Origin: an uncultured Syntrophales bacterium
GTDB lineage: Bacteria > Desulfobacterota > Syntrophia > Syntrophales > JAAYKM01
Direction of reading: 5' to 3'
Length of the DNA stretch: 62,162 nt
Assembly: GCA_964494155.1 (NCBI GenBank)
Contig: CAZBQX010000002.1
Coordinates: 67,780-129,941, forward strand
In this document: one piece after another, positions 48,226-59,065 of the stretch
How the letters are laid out: each line of letters opens with the position of its first letter
Numbering within the stretch: the first letter of the stretch is position 1
Position numbers and translations under genes: made by a program
Notes under the pieces: generated by a model
The model's database searches: none
What the model was told of the DNA's origin: nothing
What the model saw: the letters and a program-made list of their open reading frames with translations, nothing else

Positions 48226-48248
48226 TTAAGGACAATATTGTACCCAAA
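48226..48248. promoter_or_regulatory. Candidate Rrf2 operator C
   Basis: TTAAGGACAATATTGTACCCAAA, GAC-N7-TAC; close match to site A on the opposite strand. Confidence 0.4.
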
Positions 48249-48361
48249 GAGACTTTTTGATTGCGTTTGGCGCGTTCCGTAAAGTAAGACCACACGCAAG
48301 CGTTCATCACCGGGGGGAATATGATGGTCGTAAGCTTCAATAGAAGAAAGCTCGATATTTT

Positions 48362-51300
48362 ATGTTGGACGAAAAAAAGACAAAGAAACAGCTTATTGAT
48401 GATATTAAATCATTAAGAGAACACCTCGCCACTTTTCAGCACCGTCAACTTGACGATCAAAAATCTGACATATCCATCGAAAAAACACTTGCCTGGAAGG
48501 ATTTTCTCCTGGGGCTTCACGAAAAATCCTGTGATTTTAACGACGAAGATCTTTATCGGTATATTCTGGATGAAGTCGTCCGCCTTACCCAAAGCGACAT
48601 CGGTTTTCTACACCTGGTGTCGGAAGATCAGCAGTCCGTGATTCTGACCTGTTGGCATGAGAAGGCGCTTCAGCACTGTACGGCGTCTCATGAAACCCAT
48701 TATCCCGTTGACCAAGCCGGCAACTGGGCGGATTGCCTTTACTTGAAACGTCCGGTTGTTTACAACGACTTTTCCCAAGCACCGAACCGGAAGGGTCTGC
48801 CTCCGGGGCATAATCCCATCCTGCGCTTTATGGGGATTCCCGTAATCGAGCAGGGCAAGGTGCGCATCATTCTGGGGGTCGGCAATAAATCGGAAGATTA
48901 TGACGATGAAGAGGTGTTTCAAACTCAGCTTGTCGCAAACAACCTGCAATCGATTTTAACGCGGCGACGTGTTGAAAAGCAGCTCCGGGAGAACGAGGAA
49001 AGATTGTTCCTGTCACTCCAGGCCACCCAGGATGCGATCTGGGACTGGAATATCGTTCAGGGAACCGGTTATGCCAGTCTAAATTATTTTACCATGTTGG
49101 GTTACAAGCCTGATGAATTTTTGATGAATTCTGAGTATTGGTGGCAACTTATACATTGTGACGACGTGCAAAAAGTCCGGGCGGCCATGGACCGGGTGAT
49201 GAACAATCCCGATTCCGGGCAGAACACTATACCCAGCGTCGAATTCCGGATGCGGAAAAAGACCGGTGAATGGCGTTGGATCTTGGCACGTGGAAAAGTT
49301 GTAACCTGGGATAGAGACGGTCGGCCGCTGCGCATGATGGGAACCCACACCGATATCACGGACCGCAAGCGGGCGGAGGAAGCCCTCAGGGACAGCGAAG
49401 AGCGTTACCGTAGTCTGTTCGAGACGGCAAATGACGCAATTCTGTTGATGGATCGGGATTTTATTTACGTTGACTGCAATTCAAAAGCTATGGAAATAAC
49501 TCGGCGCAGTCGTAACGAAATTATCGGGCACAATGCCTACGAGGATTCACCGCCCATACAGCCAGGCGGCAATGATTCCGAGACTGCAGCTCTTTTGTAT
49601 GTCAAAGAGGCTGTCTCCGGAAGGCCCCAGAAGTTTTACTGGCAGTCCCTGCGGAAAGACGGCACGCTTTTGGATCTTGATGTGTGTCTGAATAAGGTGA
49701 CCTTGGGGGAACAGGACTTCCTTCAGGTTATCGCGCGGGATATTACGGAACAAAAACAGGCGGAAAAGGCGTTACGTGAAAGTGAGGGTAAGTTCAAGGA
49801 CCTGGTGGAACAATCCATAGTCGGTGTCTATTTGATTCAGGATGGCCTTTTTCAGTATGTCAACGCAAAGTTTGCCGAAATATTCGGCTACGATATGGCT
49901 GAAATGACAGGTAAAATGGGACCAAAGGATGTCGTATTTGCCGATGATTTGCCCTTGGTCGAAAAGAATATCGACCAACGAATCTCCGGGGAACTCAAAG
50001 ATATCCATTATGCTTTCCGAATCGTCACAAAAACGGGTGAGATCAGATATATTGAGGTGTACAGTTCTCGGACAGCATATTGCGGGAGAACTGCCGTAAT
50101 CGGGACTTTGTTGGATTTAACTGAAAGACGGCAGATGGTAGAAGCTTTACGCCAAAACGAGGCCACACTCCGCAGCGTGTTCAATGCCAGCCCCATTGGT
50201 CTTTGCGCCATGAGAGGCCGTGTTTTCCAGAGCGCCAACAAGGCCTGGTATGACCTTTTCGGGTATACGGAAGCGGAGATTATCGGGCATACCACCCGGA
50301 TGTTATATGAAAATGATGGAGAATATGAGCGAGTCGGCCGTGAATTATCTGAAAACCTGAAAGACCGCGGATTGGCATCGGTTCAGACCCGGATCAAACG
50401 AAAAGACGGGGTCTTGCGTGATGTCATCGTGACTGCCGCGGCTCTGGAGAGGGAAAATCTTTTCCATGGAACCGTCGTGACCATTGAAGATATCACTGAC
50501 CGTATGCGAGCAGAGGATGAACTGAAGGAATCCCAGAGAAGGTTGTTCGATATTATCGAATTTCTCCCTGACGCCACGCTGGTGATTGACCAATACGGCA
50601 AGATCCTCGCCTGGAACCTGGCCATGGAGACCATGACGGGGGTCAAAAAGGAAGACATGCTCGGGAAGGGCAAGTATGAATACGCCCTGCCTTTCTATGG
50701 GACAAGACGCCCGATTTTGATTGATCTGGTCCTGCATCAGGATGAAGCGGTGGAAAACCAGTACGTAACGATCAGGAGATTCGGTGACGCCCTGTTCGCT
50801 GAAACACGGGCGCCCAATCTGCCGCCGGGTGATGTGATCCTTGCCGCAACGGCGTCGGTTTTGCGCGATTCCGATGGTGAGATTATTGCCGCCATCGAGT
50901 GTATTCGGGATGTAACCCATCAAACTCGGCTCGAATCAAAGTTGCGCCAGGCCCAGAAAATGGAGGCCATCGGGACCCTCGCCGGCGGCATTGCCCATGA
51001 TTTTAATAATATTCTCGCTTCCACGATCGGTTACACCGAACTGGCGATCATGAACATTGGCAAGCCGAACCTGCTGAACGGTTATCTGGAGCAGGTGATG
51101 AAAGCCTGTGACCGGGCGAAGAATCTGGTCAACCAGATTCTGGTTTTCAGCCGCCAGCGGGAACAGGAAAGAAAACCGGTCGATATGACGGTTATTGTCA
51201 AGGAAGCCCTCAAACTGTTGCGCGCATCCCTGCCTTCGACCATCAAGATTAACCATCATTTCCCTTCAGAACCGGCGACAGTCTTGGCAGACCCGACGCA

Positions 51301-52081
51301 GATCCACCAGATCGTCATGAATCTTTGCACCAACGCGGCCCAGGCCATGCCGGAAAACGGAGGTGAAATGGATGTAAGTCTTTCCAGCTTTTCCGTTTCC
51401 ACCACGATGGCGGAGTGCAATCCAGTCTTCAAGGCGGGTGCGTATGTGCAACTGGTGGTCAAAGACACGGGCCATGGCATCGACCCGGCCATCATCGATA
51501 AGATATTTGATCCTTTTTTTACGACGAAACGGCATCAGGAAGGAACCGGTCTTGGGCTTTCTGTGGTTTATGGTATCGTCAACAGTTATAATGGTGTTGT
51601 TCAGGTCACAAGCGAGCTTGGACAGGGGACAATATTCAATGTTTACATTCCTGCAATAGAAGAAATTAAAGTTACTTCGGAACAGAAGACGAAGGAACCG
51701 ATTCACGGCGGCACGGAATCGCTCCTGTTGGTTGATGATGAGGAACTTTTAGTCCAGGCCATGGAGAAGTATCTGGGAGCCCTGGGCTACGATGTGGTAT
51801 CTTCCACCAACAGTCCCGAGGCCCTGTATATGGTTCAGGAAAATCCATGTCGGTTTGACCTGATGGTTACCGATATGACGATGCCGCATATGACCGGGTT
51901 AAAATTAAGCCGGGAGGTGCTGGCAATCAATCCGCTGCTGCCGATCATTCTCTGTACGGGATACAACGAATCGATCACGGAAGACGAAGTGAAACGCAGC
52001 GGCATTAAGGAATTCGTTTTGAAGCCCGTATCGCTGCAGAAAATGGCTTATCTGATCAGGCAGGTTCTGGACATGCAATAG
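48362..52081 (+). CDS. Cytoplasmic hybrid sensor kinase: GAF, five PAS/PAC, HisKA, HATPase, REC
   Basis: GAF ending GVGNK; five PAS repeats ending D[IVL]T; AHDFNN, NLCTNA, DTGHG, FFTTK, GTGLGL; REC VTDMTMP; no TM segment. Confidence 0.95.
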   Translation: MLDEKKTKKQLIDDIKSLREHLATFQHRQLDDQKSDISIEKTLAWKDFLLGLHEKSCDFNDEDLYRYILDEVVRLTQSDIGFLHLVSEDQQSVILTCWHEKALQHCTASHETHYPVDQAGNWADCLYLKRPVVYNDFSQAPNRKGLPPGHNPILRFMGIPVIEQGKVRIILGVGNKSEDYDDEEVFQTQLVANNLQSILTRRRVEKQLRENEERLFLSLQATQDAIWDWNIVQGTGYASLNYFTMLGYKPDEFLMNSEYWWQLIHCDDVQKVRAAMDRVMNNPDSGQNTIPSVEFRMRKKTGEWRWILARGKVVTWDRDGRPLRMMGTHTDITDRKRAEEALRDSEERYRSLFETANDAILLMDRDFIYVDCNSKAMEITRRSRNEIIGHNAYEDSPPIQPGGNDSETAALLYVKEAVSGRPQKFYWQSLRKDGTLLDLDVCLNKVTLGEQDFLQVIARDITEQKQAEKALRESEGKFKDLVEQSIVGVYLIQDGLFQYVNAKFAEIFGYDMAEMTGKMGPKDVVFADDLPLVEKNIDQRISGELKDIHYAFRIVTKTGEIRYIEVYSSRTAYCGRTAVIGTLLDLTERRQMVEALRQNEATLRSVFNASPIGLCAMRGRVFQSANKAWYDLFGYTEAEIIGHTTRMLYENDGEYERVGRELSENLKDRGLASVQTRIKRKDGVLRDVIVTAAALERENLFHGTVVTIEDITDRMRAEDELKESQRRLFDIIEFLPDATLVIDQYGKILAWNLAMETMTGVKKEDMLGKGKYEYALPFYGTRRPILIDLVLHQDEAVENQYVTIRRFGDALFAETRAPNLPPGDVILAATASVLRDSDGEIIAAIECIRDVTHQTRLESKLRQAQKMEAIGTLAGGIAHDFNNILASTIGYTELAIMNIGKPNLLNGYLEQVMKACDRAKNLVNQILVFSRQREQERKPVDMTVIVKEALKLLRASLPSTIKINHHFPSEPATVLADPTQIHQIVMNLCTNAAQAMPENGGEMDVSLSSFSVSTTMAECNPVFKAGAYVQLVVKDTGHGIDPAIIDKIFDPFFTTKRHQEGTGLGLSVVYGIVNSYNGVVQVTSELGQGTIFNVYIPAIEEIKVTSEQKTKEPIHGGTESLLLVDDEELLVQAMEKYLGALGYDVVSSTNSPEALYMVQENPCRFDLMVTDMTMPHMTGLKLSREVLAINPLLPIILCTGYNESITEDEVKRSGIKEFVLKPVSLQKMAYLIRQVLDMQ

Positions 52082-52106
52082 ACGAAATACTCAAGGAGAG
52101 CCGAAA

Positions 52107-53510
52107 ATGGCGCAAATTTTGATCATTGACGATGATGAAATGTTCTGTTCCCTGCTGTCCAGTGCTATTCAAAGCGAAGGCTATAATATTGAATGTGCCA
52201 ACACGTTGCAGAATGGCTTGGCCAGGGTAAGATCGGGTGCGTTCGATGTTGTCTTTCTTGACGTCAATCTTCCTGACGGCAACGGTTTGGAGCGGCTTGC
52301 GGATATCCGCGAAGCCCCATCGGCGCCGGAGGTGATTATTCTGACCGGTCTGGGTACCGCCGACGGGGCCGAGCTTGCCATTAAAAACGGCGTTTGGGAC
52401 TATATCCAAAAACCCTCCTCGATCCATGTCATGACCCTACCCCTGCTGCGAGCGCTGCAGTTTCGCGAGGAAAAATCGAAAGTCAAATCAACCGTCGGCC
52501 TGAAACTGGAAGGAATAATCGGCAACAGCGCGAAAATGAAAGCCTGTTATGAGCTGGTTTCACAGGCGGCCATGGCGGATGTGAATGTCCTGATAACGGG
52601 GGAGACCGGCACGGGCAAGGAACTCTTCGCCCGGGCCGTTCATGTGAACAGCGCCCGCACCGGCCGGAATTTTGTTGTGGTCGATTGTGCAGCCCTGCAG
52701 GATACGCTGAAAGAAAGCACGTTGTTTGGATATGAGAAAGGCGCCTTCACCGGAGCCGATCAAAGCCGCGAAGGGTTGATCAAGCAGGCGGACGGGGGAA
52801 CGCTGTTCCTCGACGAAATCGGGGAACTGCCGCTCCCCATGCAGAAAAGTTTTCTCCGTGTTTTGCAGGAACGCCATTTCCGCCCCCTGGGAAGTATAAA
52901 GGAGCTGAAAAGCAATTTCCGGCTCATTGCGGCTACAAATCGCGATTTGGAGAAATTATCCCAAACCGGCGGTTTCCGGGAGGATCTCCTGTTCCGTCTG
53001 CGCACCCTCACGATTGTCCTGCCGCCGCTCCGGGAGCATCCGGAAGATATCAGCGACATCGCGTCATATCACATCGCAAAAATCTGCAAGCGCAGCGGCA
53101 TTACGGAGAAAGCGCTGTCGTCCGATTTTCTGGAGGCGTTGATCTCCTATGATTGGCCTGGAAATGTTCGGGAGCTGGTCAATGCCCTGGAACGAGCCGT
53201 GGCCGCTTCCTTTACCAGTCCTACGCTTTTTCAACGCCATCTGCCGAGTTCCATCCGGGTAAAACTGGCCAAGGCCGCTATGGCCGCCGATCTGCCTGAC
53301 GAAGACCACTCCTCGGTATCATTTGACCAACATCCGCCCAGGTTGAAGGATTTACGCGAAATGACCTATGCCAAAGTGGAGAAAAACTATCTGCAACAAT
53401 TGCTAAAGGTTACCGCGGGGGATATGGAAGAGGCCTGCCGGATTGCCGATGTTGGGCGAACCCGACTCTATGATCTTTTAAGAAAACATCGCATACTTGT
53501 CCCACGTTAA
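52107..53510 (+). CDS. Sigma54-dependent response regulator (REC-AAA+-HTH), intact
   Basis: DVVFLD, GETGTGKE, GAFTGA, TLFLDEIGEL, FREDLLFRL, WPGNVREL, HTH. Confidence 0.96.
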   Translation: MAQILIIDDDEMFCSLLSSAIQSEGYNIECANTLQNGLARVRSGAFDVVFLDVNLPDGNGLERLADIREAPSAPEVIILTGLGTADGAELAIKNGVWDYIQKPSSIHVMTLPLLRALQFREEKSKVKSTVGLKLEGIIGNSAKMKACYELVSQAAMADVNVLITGETGTGKELFARAVHVNSARTGRNFVVVDCAALQDTLKESTLFGYEKGAFTGADQSREGLIKQADGGTLFLDEIGELPLPMQKSFLRVLQERHFRPLGSIKELKSNFRLIAATNRDLEKLSQTGGFREDLLFRLRTLTIVLPPLREHPEDISDIASYHIAKICKRSGITEKALSSDFLEALISYDWPGNVRELVNALERAVAASFTSPTLFQRHLPSSIRVKLAKAAMAADLPDEDHSSVSFDQHPPRLKDLREMTYAKVEKNYLQQLLKVTAGDMEEACRIADVGRTRLYDLLRKHRILVPR

Positions 53511-53538
53511 AATTGCTTTCCCTTATTCCCCAGTATCC

Positions 53539-53595
53539 GTCCATAAAAAGTGTACGAAATCCGCTTTTCCTGAACCAAGTCCGGAAAAACTGCAC
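53539..53595 (+). promoter_or_regulatory. Paired upstream activator-like sites
   Basis: GTCCATAAAAAGTGTAC (53539-55) and GTCCGGAAAAACTGCAC (53579-95), 40 bp apart. Confidence 0.55.
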
Positions 53596-53659
53596 AAACC
53601 TCAGTTCCTCAATTAACATATCTATCTGAAATAAATACATTTTACCGAAAGAATCGTTC

Positions 53660-53675
53660 TGGCATGTTCATTGAT
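53660..53675 (+). promoter_or_regulatory. Candidate sigma54 promoter for pseudo-receiver/cheW/MCP copy 2
   Basis: TGGCATGTTCATTGAT: strong -24 element, -12 is TTGA rather than TTGC. Confidence 0.55.
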
Positions 53676-53737
53676 ATATTACAGCAGTACAGGTGAAATG
53701 TTTCACAGTTAATGCTGGGGGGAGGAAAACCATCGTC

Positions 53738-54217
53738 ATGATTTTTTATATGCCGGCCTATGATGAAAAGGGCGAGGAGCTTTTGAACCGCATGCTCGCA
53801 GAGCTTGCCCCAAGAAGGATTGAAATCTACCGATCTTTCCAGAATCTGCGTCAGCGGATTCAACGTCCTTTCCCGGATGTCAAGGTGGCCGTTCTGTTTT
53901 GCATGACTCAGGCTGATCTTCAGGAAATCTTTACCCTAAGTGAATGTCTACAGGATTTTAAAATCATTCTGGTGCTTCCTGATGATGACACGGAGACGAT
54001 CATCAAGGCTCATAACTTAAGACCCCGCTACCTGTCGTGGATGGATCATGATTTTTTCGACATGGTGGCGGTGCTGAAGCGGATGGTTGATTTCTATGAT
54101 GCCCACCAGACCGAAGAACAAAAAAAAGACATACGCACAAAAAAAACCGGGCACACCAAAAGGCCCTTAAAAGAATTAATGGTGATGAAAGGAGGACGAA
54201 TCGGGCAATGGAATTAG
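53738..54217 (+). CDS. Hypothetical protein, predicted pseudo-receiver fold (copy 2)
   Basis: Paralog of 21506-21874; start set at ATG 53738 after GGAGG. Confidence 0.72.
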   Translation: MIFYMPAYDEKGEELLNRMLAELAPRRIEIYRSFQNLRQRIQRPFPDVKVAVLFCMTQADLQEIFTLSECLQDFKIILVLPDDDTETIIKAHNLRPRYLSWMDHDFFDMVAVLKRMVDFYDAHQTEEQKKDIRTKKTGHTKRPLKELMVMKGGRIGQWN

Positions 54218-54732
54218 CAGAAAACAGGTTAACGGATTACCACAATCAGCCGTCGGCCAACCGGGAAGGTAAGTACCTTACATTCAGCCTGGCCGGAGAG
54301 GAATACGGCATCGGGATCAGGAAGGTGAGGGAGATTATCGGCATGATGGCCGTTACACACATTCCCCAGACGCCTCCCTATATCAAAGGCGTCATCAATC
54401 TCCGGGGAAAGGTCATTCCTATCGTGGATCTGCGGTTAAAATTCGACATGGAATCCATGGCCTACACGGATCGGACCTGTATCATCGTGGTGGAGATCAA
54501 AAGCGCCGAGAAAACCATTGCGATGGGGATTATCGTCGACTCCGTTTCGGAAGTGATCAACATCAAAGGCGGCGACATCGACGATACACCCGGCTTCGGC
54601 AGCAAACTGGATACGGAATATATCCTCGGCATGGCCAAAACGGCCGGTAGCGTCAAGATCCTGCTCGATATCGACCGGGTCTTTGGTGAAGCGGAATTTG
54701 CGGTCGCGGGGAATATCCCTCCCTGCCAGTAG
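54208..54732 (+). CDS. cheW: Chemotaxis adaptor CheW (copy 2)
   Basis: KYLTFSL..EEYGIGI.KVREI, GVINLRGKVIPIVDLR, ILLDID. Confidence 0.95.
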   Translation: MELAENRLTDYHNQPSANREGKYLTFSLAGEEYGIGIRKVREIIGMMAVTHIPQTPPYIKGVINLRGKVIPIVDLRLKFDMESMAYTDRTCIIVVEIKSAEKTIAMGIIVDSVSEVINIKGGDIDDTPGFGSKLDTEYILGMAKTAGSVKILLDIDRVFGEAEFAVAGNIPPCQ

Positions 54733-54777
54733 TAATAATATGTTCATATTTCAAGATATTTATAACAGGAGAACAAC

Positions 54778-56400
54778 ATGAAGAACATGAAATTGGGCGT
54801 CAAACTTATTGGCGGGTTTATGATCGTGGCGTTGATTACGTTGGTTGTCGGGGTCATTGGCATGACCCAGATCAATAGCATTCAAAAGGCCGATGCTAAG
54901 TTGTATGAAGAAAATGTAAAAAGCCTGGCTGGCGTGGCGGAATTGAACGAGGCTTTTCTGGGCATGAGAATTCAGGTGGTTTATGCACTGGTCAACAAGT
55001 TTGCAAAAGAAAATGATATCTCAGACGCGGTCAGTGACATAAAACAGAGAAGTCAGAATATCACCGCTTTGGCAGAGAAGTTGAATGGGACCATAGCAGA
55101 CCCAAACGCCAAGAAGCAGTTCGATCAATTCAAGACGGAGTGGTCGCCTTATGTGTCAATTGTGGAATCTGTTTTACAGTCTGCGGTGGCCGGTAATAAG
55201 GACGAAACATTTAATACATTGGCCGGAGGAACGGAATCGGGGAAAAAACTCTCTGCTGCGATGAAGAATTTAATTGATCTCAATGTCGATCTGGCCAAGC
55301 AGACGGCGGAACATAATGCGGCCATCGCCAGTCGGGCGAACTGGATTTCCATCATCATTACCGTTTTGGGTATTGCGCTGGCTATGGGAATCGGCAGTCT
55401 CCTGACGCTGGCCATCACACGGCCCATCAATCGCGTGGTTGTCGGATTGACCGACGGCGCCGATCAGGTGGCTGCGGCCTCCAACCAGGTGTCATCGTCG
55501 AGTCAGCAACTGGCGGAAGGAACATCGGAACAGGCCGCCTCCCTGGAGGAAACATCTTCTTCCCTGGAAGAGATGTCGTCCATGACAAAACAGAATGCTG
55601 AGAACGCCCAGATTGCCAACGACATGATGACCAAGGAAGCGGCGCCCAACTTCCAGTTGATGGCGGAACGTATGGGTATCATGGAAAAGGCGATGCAGGC
55701 GTCGGTCTCGGCCAGTGGTGAAACGGCAAAAGTCATCAAAACCATTGATGAAATCGCCTTCCAGACCAACCTGCTGGCTCTCAATGCTGCCGTGGAAGCT
55801 GCACGGGCGGGTGAGGCCGGTGCAGGGTTCGCCGTGGTAGCCGATGAGGTGCGGAATCTGGCCATGAGAGCCACCGAAGCGGCCAAGAATACCCAGGATC
55901 TGATTTCGAATTCAACGGATCGGATCAAGGAAGCAACGGGTATTTACGGACAGGTATCGGAAGTGATGGATAAGAACGGACAGATTGCCAAGAAGGTCAC
56001 GGAATTGATCGGCGAAATCGCAGCGGCGTCTCAAGAACAGGCGCACGGCATTGCTCAGATCAACATCGCCGTCTCCGAAATGGATAAGGTCACCCAGCAG
56101 GCGGCGGCGAATGCCGAGGAATCTGCGAGTGCCTCGGAAGAGCTTAATGCCCAGGCCGAACAGATGAAATCGTTTGTCGCCGAACTGGCCCAGGTCGTCG
56201 GCGGCAGCCAGGATGGTTCTTCCGTCGTAGCCAGGAGGAGCGGTCGATCCGGTAAGCGGTCTGTAAAGGCGGTTAATCTTCCTGCACATACGGGAAAAGG
56301 CAAAGCGCTTGCCTTGGCCACAGGCCGGAGCGGTCAAGGGCGGGTGATCGATCCCAATCAGATCATTCCCATGGACGAGGAAGCGTTCAAGGATTTTTAG
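54778..56400 (+). CDS. Methyl-accepting chemotaxis protein (copy 2)
   Basis: Same architecture and tip sequence as copy 1; C-terminal AFKDF. Confidence 0.96.
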   Translation: MKNMKLGVKLIGGFMIVALITLVVGVIGMTQINSIQKADAKLYEENVKSLAGVAELNEAFLGMRIQVVYALVNKFAKENDISDAVSDIKQRSQNITALAEKLNGTIADPNAKKQFDQFKTEWSPYVSIVESVLQSAVAGNKDETFNTLAGGTESGKKLSAAMKNLIDLNVDLAKQTAEHNAAIASRANWISIIITVLGIALAMGIGSLLTLAITRPINRVVVGLTDGADQVAAASNQVSSSSQQLAEGTSEQAASLEETSSSLEEMSSMTKQNAENAQIANDMMTKEAAPNFQLMAERMGIMEKAMQASVSASGETAKVIKTIDEIAFQTNLLALNAAVEAARAGEAGAGFAVVADEVRNLAMRATEAAKNTQDLISNSTDRIKEATGIYGQVSEVMDKNGQIAKKVTELIGEIAAASQEQAHGIAQINIAVSEMDKVTQQAAANAEESASASEELNAQAEQMKSFVAELAQVVGGSQDGSSVVARRSGRSGKRSVKAVNLPAHTGKGKALALATGRSGQGRVIDPNQIIPMDEEAFKDF

Positions 56401-56558
56401 TCCGGCTGTTGAAGTGAATAAAAACAGATAAAAATCTTGATGAAATATTGAAGTTTTATGTGATAGGTATGCCAAACGGAACGGGTTTTTCGATTGATTT
56501 CGAGAATCCGTTCCGTTTCGTGCGGCGAGTGCGCACAGATTCGATCAAGGGATCCCTC

Positions 56559-56927
56559 ATGAGAGAAAAACGACAATTCGAAAGGTTCGACATCCAGGTG
56601 CCCGCTGTTGTTAAAATCCCCGGCGATAACGGCAACACTGTAAAATTGGATCTGAAAACGCACAATCTGTCGGCGGGAGGAACTTTCGTAAAACTGGGAG
56701 AATCACTTTCCTTAGGTTGTGAAGTGAAAATAGATATCATGTTGTCTTTCGAAGAGCTGAAAACGCCAATCGATCCCCTCGGTTCTCTAATCCTGTCCAC
56801 GACAGGGCGCGTGGTGAGGTCTGATCCGAATGGTGTTGCCATCTGCTTCAATGAAAATTATGAATTTAAAACCCGCCTGGATTTTCTGCATCAGAATCTG
56901 GATGGCGTGACACCCATCGCTGACTGA
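56559..56927 (+). CDS. Single-domain PilZ protein
   Basis: RQFER (RxxxR) and NLSAGG (N/DxSxxG); start set at ATG 56559. Confidence 0.85.
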   Translation: MREKRQFERFDIQVPAVVKIPGDNGNTVKLDLKTHNLSAGGTFVKLGESLSLGCEVKIDIMLSFEELKTPIDPLGSLILSTTGRVVRSDPNGVAICFNENYEFKTRLDFLHQNLDGVTPIAD

Positions 56928-57084
56928 AAAGGGACCCGCCGTCATTCTTAACAGTATCTGTATCTATTCTTGTCCCTTCTCAGAGCATCAAGGCCGATTT
57001 CTCTTTTCCACAATCCACAACTGCGGCCCGATCAATCCCTGAAACGGCAATCAGCGGGATGAAAAGGTTTTACCTACCTTTTAG

Positions 57085-57113
57085 TTGTGACGGAAACACA
57101 ATTCTGCTATCGT
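57085..57113 (+). promoter_or_regulatory. Sigma70-like promoter for selB operon
   Basis: TTGTGA-N17-TATCGT. Confidence 0.45.
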
Positions 57114-57151
57114 GGCCCGCGTAGCGAATATTCAGCCCCGAGAATCCATAC

Positions 57152-59065
57152 ATGAAACATATCATTTTGGGCACGGCAGGACATGTCGATCACGGCAAGA
57201 CCTCGCTGATCAAGTCATTGACCGGTGTCGACACGGACCGGTTGAAAGAGGAAAAGGAGCGCGGGATCACGATCGAACTCGGTTTTGCCTCCCTTGCTCT
57301 GCCCGGCGGTCTGCAGTTGGGGATTGTCGATGTTCCCGGCCACGAGCGTTTTATCAGGAACATGGTGTCCGGAGCCTCGGGAATTGATCTGGTGATGATG
57401 GTCATCGCCGCCGATGAAGGCGTCATGCCTCAGACGAAGGAACACCTGCAGATCTGTTCTTTTCTGGGGATTAAAAAAGGTCTGGTCGTTATCTCCAAGA
57501 CCGATATGGTTGATAAGGACTGGTTGGAACTGGTGAAGGAGGATGTCGGTCATTTTCTCGTGGGATCATTTTTGGAGGGTGTTCCCATCATTCCCGTTTC
57601 CGCACTGAAGGGCGAAGGACTGGATGAACTGATCCGGACCCTGGATGCCCTGTCCCGGGAGATCGAAGAAGATGCCGACGCCGGTATCTTCCGGCTGCCT
57701 GTTGACCGGGTCTTCACCATGAAGGGATTCGGTACGGTCATTACGGGGACCCTCATGTCGGGAGCGATCGATCTGGGTGAAACGGTGGAAATTCTTCCTT
57801 CGGGCGTGTCCACGAAGATTCGGGGTATTCAGGTGCACAACGCTTCGGTGGAACGGGCCGAGGCGGGCCAGCGGACGGCGATCAACTTCCAGGGGCTGGA
57901 GAGGGAATCCGTCAGCCGGGGGGATGTGGTGGTCCGGCCGGGCACGTTGATTCCGAGCAGGAGTCTGGATGTGTGCTTCGAATACCTGCCCGGATTTGAG
58001 TGGAAACTGAAGAACCGCGCCCAGGTGCGTTTCCATTATGGGACCAGCGAAATCATGGCCCGCCTGATTCCCATGGACCGGGATGAGGTCAAATCCGGCG
58101 AGAAAATATTCGCCCAGTTGGTGCTTGATGAACCGGCCATGGTCATGGCTGGCGACCGCTTCGTTATCCGGAGCTATTCTCCCGTGACCACCATCGGTGG
58201 CGGTCTTATTCTCGATCCCCATCCCCCGAAGCATAAGCGATTCAAGGCTGATGTCCTTGAAGCGTTTTCAATCCTGATGAATGGGGACGATGCTGCGAAG
58301 GTCGGTGTGATGATCGGCCGCACCGGATTGACCGGGATAACCCTCCACGAACTGATTTTACGTACCGGCATGCCCCGCAATTTGCTGCGCAGAATTTTGG
58401 ACCGCCTGTTTTCCGACCGGGAGGCCATTCTTTTAGACAAGGAAGAAATCCGGGTCGTTTCTCATACGCCATATGGGGTCCTCCTGAATCATTTTCTGAC
58501 GGAACTGGAACAGTATCACCGGAAAAATCCTCTGCGGGAAGGGTTGCCCCGTGAGGAGTTGCGCATGAGCCTTGGCCTCGGGGGGAACCTGAAAATCTTT
58601 ACCATGGCCATGAAGGATCTGGAAAAGCAGGGAAGAATTGTCGTGGACCGGGAAAATGTCCGTCTTACGGCACACCGTGTCGATCTGGGAATGGGACTTG
58701 AAGAGATGCGGCAGGAAATCGAGACCCTTTATCAAAAGGCGGGGCTGACACCGCCGACTGTAAGGGAAATCCTGGAAAAGTTTTCCGGAGAAAAGTCGAA
58801 GGTGAACGACGTCCTGTCGGTCTTGCTGAAAGAGGGAACCCTGGTGCGCATCTCGGAGGATCTCTATTATTATAAAGAGACAATTGGAAAGCTCCGGGAG
58901 GACTACAAGAAATTCCTTCTGGCCCAGGGACAGGTCAATCCATCCGGTTTCAAGGACTTGACGGGTCTGTCCCGCAAATTTATCATCCCCTTGATGGAAT
59001 ATTTCGACCTGAGCAAGCTGACCATTCGTTCCGGCGATGTCCGTATATTGAGGGAGAAGGAATGA
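57152..59065 (+). CDS. selB: Selenocysteine-specific elongation factor SelB
   Basis: [33 protein letters not shown]...GTVITGT; long winged-helix C-terminus ending [13 protein letters not shown]. Confidence 0.96.
   Translation: MKHIILGTAGHVDHGKTSLIKSLTGVDTDRLKEEKERGITIELGFASLALPGGLQLGIVDVPGHERFIRNMVSGASGIDLVMMVIAADEGVMPQTKEHLQICSFLGIKKGLVVISKTDMVDKDWLELVKEDVGHFLVGSFLEGVPIIPVSALKGEGLDELIRTLDALSREIEEDADAGIFRLPVDRVFTMKGFGTVITGTLMSGAIDLGETVEILPSGVSTKIRGIQVHNASVERAEAGQRTAINFQGLERESVSRGDVVVRPGTLIPSRSLDVCFEYLPGFEWKLKNRAQVRFHYGTSEIMARLIPMDRDEVKSGEKIFAQLVLDEPAMVMAGDRFVIRSYSPVTTIGGGLILDPHPPKHKRFKADVLEAFSILMNGDDAAKVGVMIGRTGLTGITLHELILRTGMPRNLLRRILDRLFSDREAILLDKEEIRVVSHTPYGVLLNHFLTELEQYHRKNPLREGLPREELRMSLGLGGNLKIFTMAMKDLEKQGRIVVDRENVRLTAHRVDLGMGLEEMRQEIETLYQKAGLTPPTVREILEKFSGEKSKVNDVLSVLLKEGTLVRISEDLYYYKETIGKLREDYKKFLLAQGQVNPSGFKDLTGLSRKFIIPLMEYFDLSKLTIRSGDVRILREKE

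Noticed and set aside
48321-48416. Out-of-frame 31-codon ORF with a G-rich RBS overlapping the kinase start (possible frameshifted N-terminus)
   Set aside because: The T run is only 4 nt, the kinase reads well from 48362, and there is no homology evidence for an extension.
57085-57101. TTGTG-N7-CACAA palindrome at the selB promoter as a Rex/HcpR/CRP site
   Set aside because: It is one base shorter than the TTGTGA-N6-TCACAA geometry and a single occurrence; kept only as a -35 element.
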